From contig NC_043005.1 of assembly GCF_006345805.1 (NCBI RefSeq), forward strand, positions 34,224,001-34,288,000: a DNA stretch of 64,000 nt, written 5' to 3'. Numbering within the stretch: position 1 is the stretch's first letter; the number at the start of each line of letters is the position of its first letter. Below the pieces are notes generated by a model that had not been told where the DNA came from, did not search any database, and was given only the letters and a program-made list of their open reading frames with translations. The translations under genes were made by a program, and so were the position numbers. This DNA is from Octopus sinensis. Taxonomy: Eukaryota. This document shows, in pieces, positions 62,074 to 64,000 of this stretch.

Positions 62074-62721
62074 TTCTGTATGTGTGTGTGTGTGTGTGTG
62101 TGTACATACTGTATGCAGTATGGCCTTTCTGTTAGTAAAAAGAGCTTAGTAATGTGATGGCATTCTGCTAACAAGTTAGCATAATTTGCATTGTGTAATT
62201 TTTAAATTCAGTGAACTTGATTTTCTATGACATTTTAGTCACCTAAGATTTGTTTGCAATACAATGATTCAGAATTAAAAAAAACATTGATCAGATGTAA
62301 ACTATTTCTGTCATATTAACATTTCTAGAGATTCATCATTTAACTTTTGATGTAGTTCATTTTAAGATGTGTGCACATGTTGTCTATAATTGTTGAATAT
62401 TAGAATATAAAATTGTAAAAAAAAATATTCTGATGTTAAAAAGTGTTAACTGGCCAGACATGGGATGTAAGCCAGAAAATGGTGCAATGCTAGTTAAAAA
62501 CATATAGTAAGCATTTTATGAACTAAACATTCTTCTATGAATATTTTGATAGATCTCTCTCTCTCTTTTTCTCTCATGTTTACATATATGAATTATCATC
62601 ATCATCTTAAAAACTACTTTTCCCTGCTTGCTCCCTTCATGAAATTTTCTATTACTGGATGCCCATCATGACACCAATACACATGTGTTTCCCAGCAAGG
62701 TAATTATCTCCACAATGAATT

Positions 62722-64000
62722 GAAAGGTGATCAGTCTATTTCTGCATATGTGGATGATGCCACCATCACTGTATCTGATGAAACTCAGCTACCTTGTGTA
62801 GAGGATGCAATCAAAGGATACAAGGTGGTGGGACGGGCAAAAATTAACAAGGACGAGTCCATCGGCTCAGCACCTGGAGTGGCAAGATGATACTGTCCAG
62901 TGTCCCACGACACTGGATGGAAGGTCCTGTTAAGTTGCTTGGAGTCTGGTTTGGACCAGATTCCTAGACGGAGAAGAACTGGAGTGAGGTGGCGACCCTA
63001 ATCCAGACCTGGTCTGGAAGGACACTATCCTTGAAGGGGAGGGCAGAGGTGGTGCAAGTGTATATTGCATCTGTTATCACCTACCATCTGACTGTTGTCC
63101 CTTGCTCTGATTCATGGCTAAACAAGTTGGAACGCTTTCTCCTCTGCTTTTTGTGGAGGGAAGGAAAACTGCTTGTGAGGCACTCTGCTGCCAAAAACCA
63201 CTAAAGGGTGGGCTAGGCATGCCATGTCTGATGATGCGCAAACATGCACTGAGACTGAGGCACCTCTGGCTCTACTTGGAGGGTGACCAGGTGTGGAATA
63301 CGCTGGTGGAGACATTCTTTCTGCGATGGGCCTCTTTGGAGGAATTCAAACCCAATTTCATAAAAAGACAGAACTTGACTGAATGGCAAAAAGAGTGTCA
63401 ATGGGCACTTGTGCTAATCCACAAGGTGAGCAAAGCCGGTAGCGGGAGTACCACCTTGATACTCTATAGCAGGCTGGTAGAGTTCAAGAGGAATAACATC
63501 CTAGGAGAAGCTCTGGGGCTCGATGAGGCTAGCTAGCCAACCTGTTTCAAAGAACTTTCAGGTCAGGGTACCTGGATAACTACCAGAAATCCCTGACCTG
63601 GCAGTGCTATAGGAGTGCTTTATCTGTTCATGATAAACTGTCTAGGTATGGGATGTCTGTGCCACCATGCCCAAGGTGCAGGCAGGATGATGAAATTGTT
63701 CTGCATGCCCTTGTACAGTGCCCGGAGCTTTTGGGCTTGATAGTTTATGCAGAACACATGCTGTCGCATCTAGGAAGAGTACAGCTATTGGCTGAGTGCA
63801 TGATTAAGATTGCACCTCTACCCAGACTATCAAAGGAAGTTGAGACATGTATTGAAAGAAGTCGCAATGGGAACATTCATCTCCAGCCCTGGTTTGCTAT
63901 ATTACTTCAGATATCATCTGAAGAGCAAGATAGGGCTGGAGAAAAGACACCTGTCACAAAGTGTATATGGAAAAAGATGGAAGGATGTGGTAAGGAAGTT
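62722..64000 (+). mobile_element. Tx1/L1-clade LINE fragment (RT end to zf-RVT), decayed, runs off the window
   Basis: SAYVDD, KLLGVWFG, WSGRTLSLKGRAEVV, PLKGGLGMP, CPRCRQDDEIVLHALVQCP. Confidence 0.88.

Overview
AT-rich, microsatellite-dense eukaryotic DNA. The SINE, RTE and Penelope repertoire points to an octopus (cephalopod) genome; this is inference from family resemblance. No intact host protein-coding gene is identifiable. The window is mostly transposon debris: two Tc1, three mariner pieces, two maT/DD37D, a Helitron with a PIF1 remnant, piggyBac-type and hAT MITEs, several RTE LINE pieces (one with an open 468-aa RT carrying a PHD finger), an inverted pair of CR1-group LINEs, a Tx1/L1 fragment, Penelope-like (PLE) fragments and three tRNA-derived SINE families. 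A CpG-retaining block at about 33.5-37.9 kb holds a likely promoter and non-coding first exon. The most interesting signals are five, possibly six, minimal type-I hammerhead ribozyme motifs in PLE pseudo-LTR-like islands (one inside a 412-bp unit with terminal direct repeats, retrozyme-like) and a high density of fold-back structures (540 bp, 184 bp, perfect 85-bp and 52-bp arms, 1.8-kb LINE arms) that would be dsRNA/ADAR substrates if transcribed. Family names come from motif recognition by eye; no database search was run.
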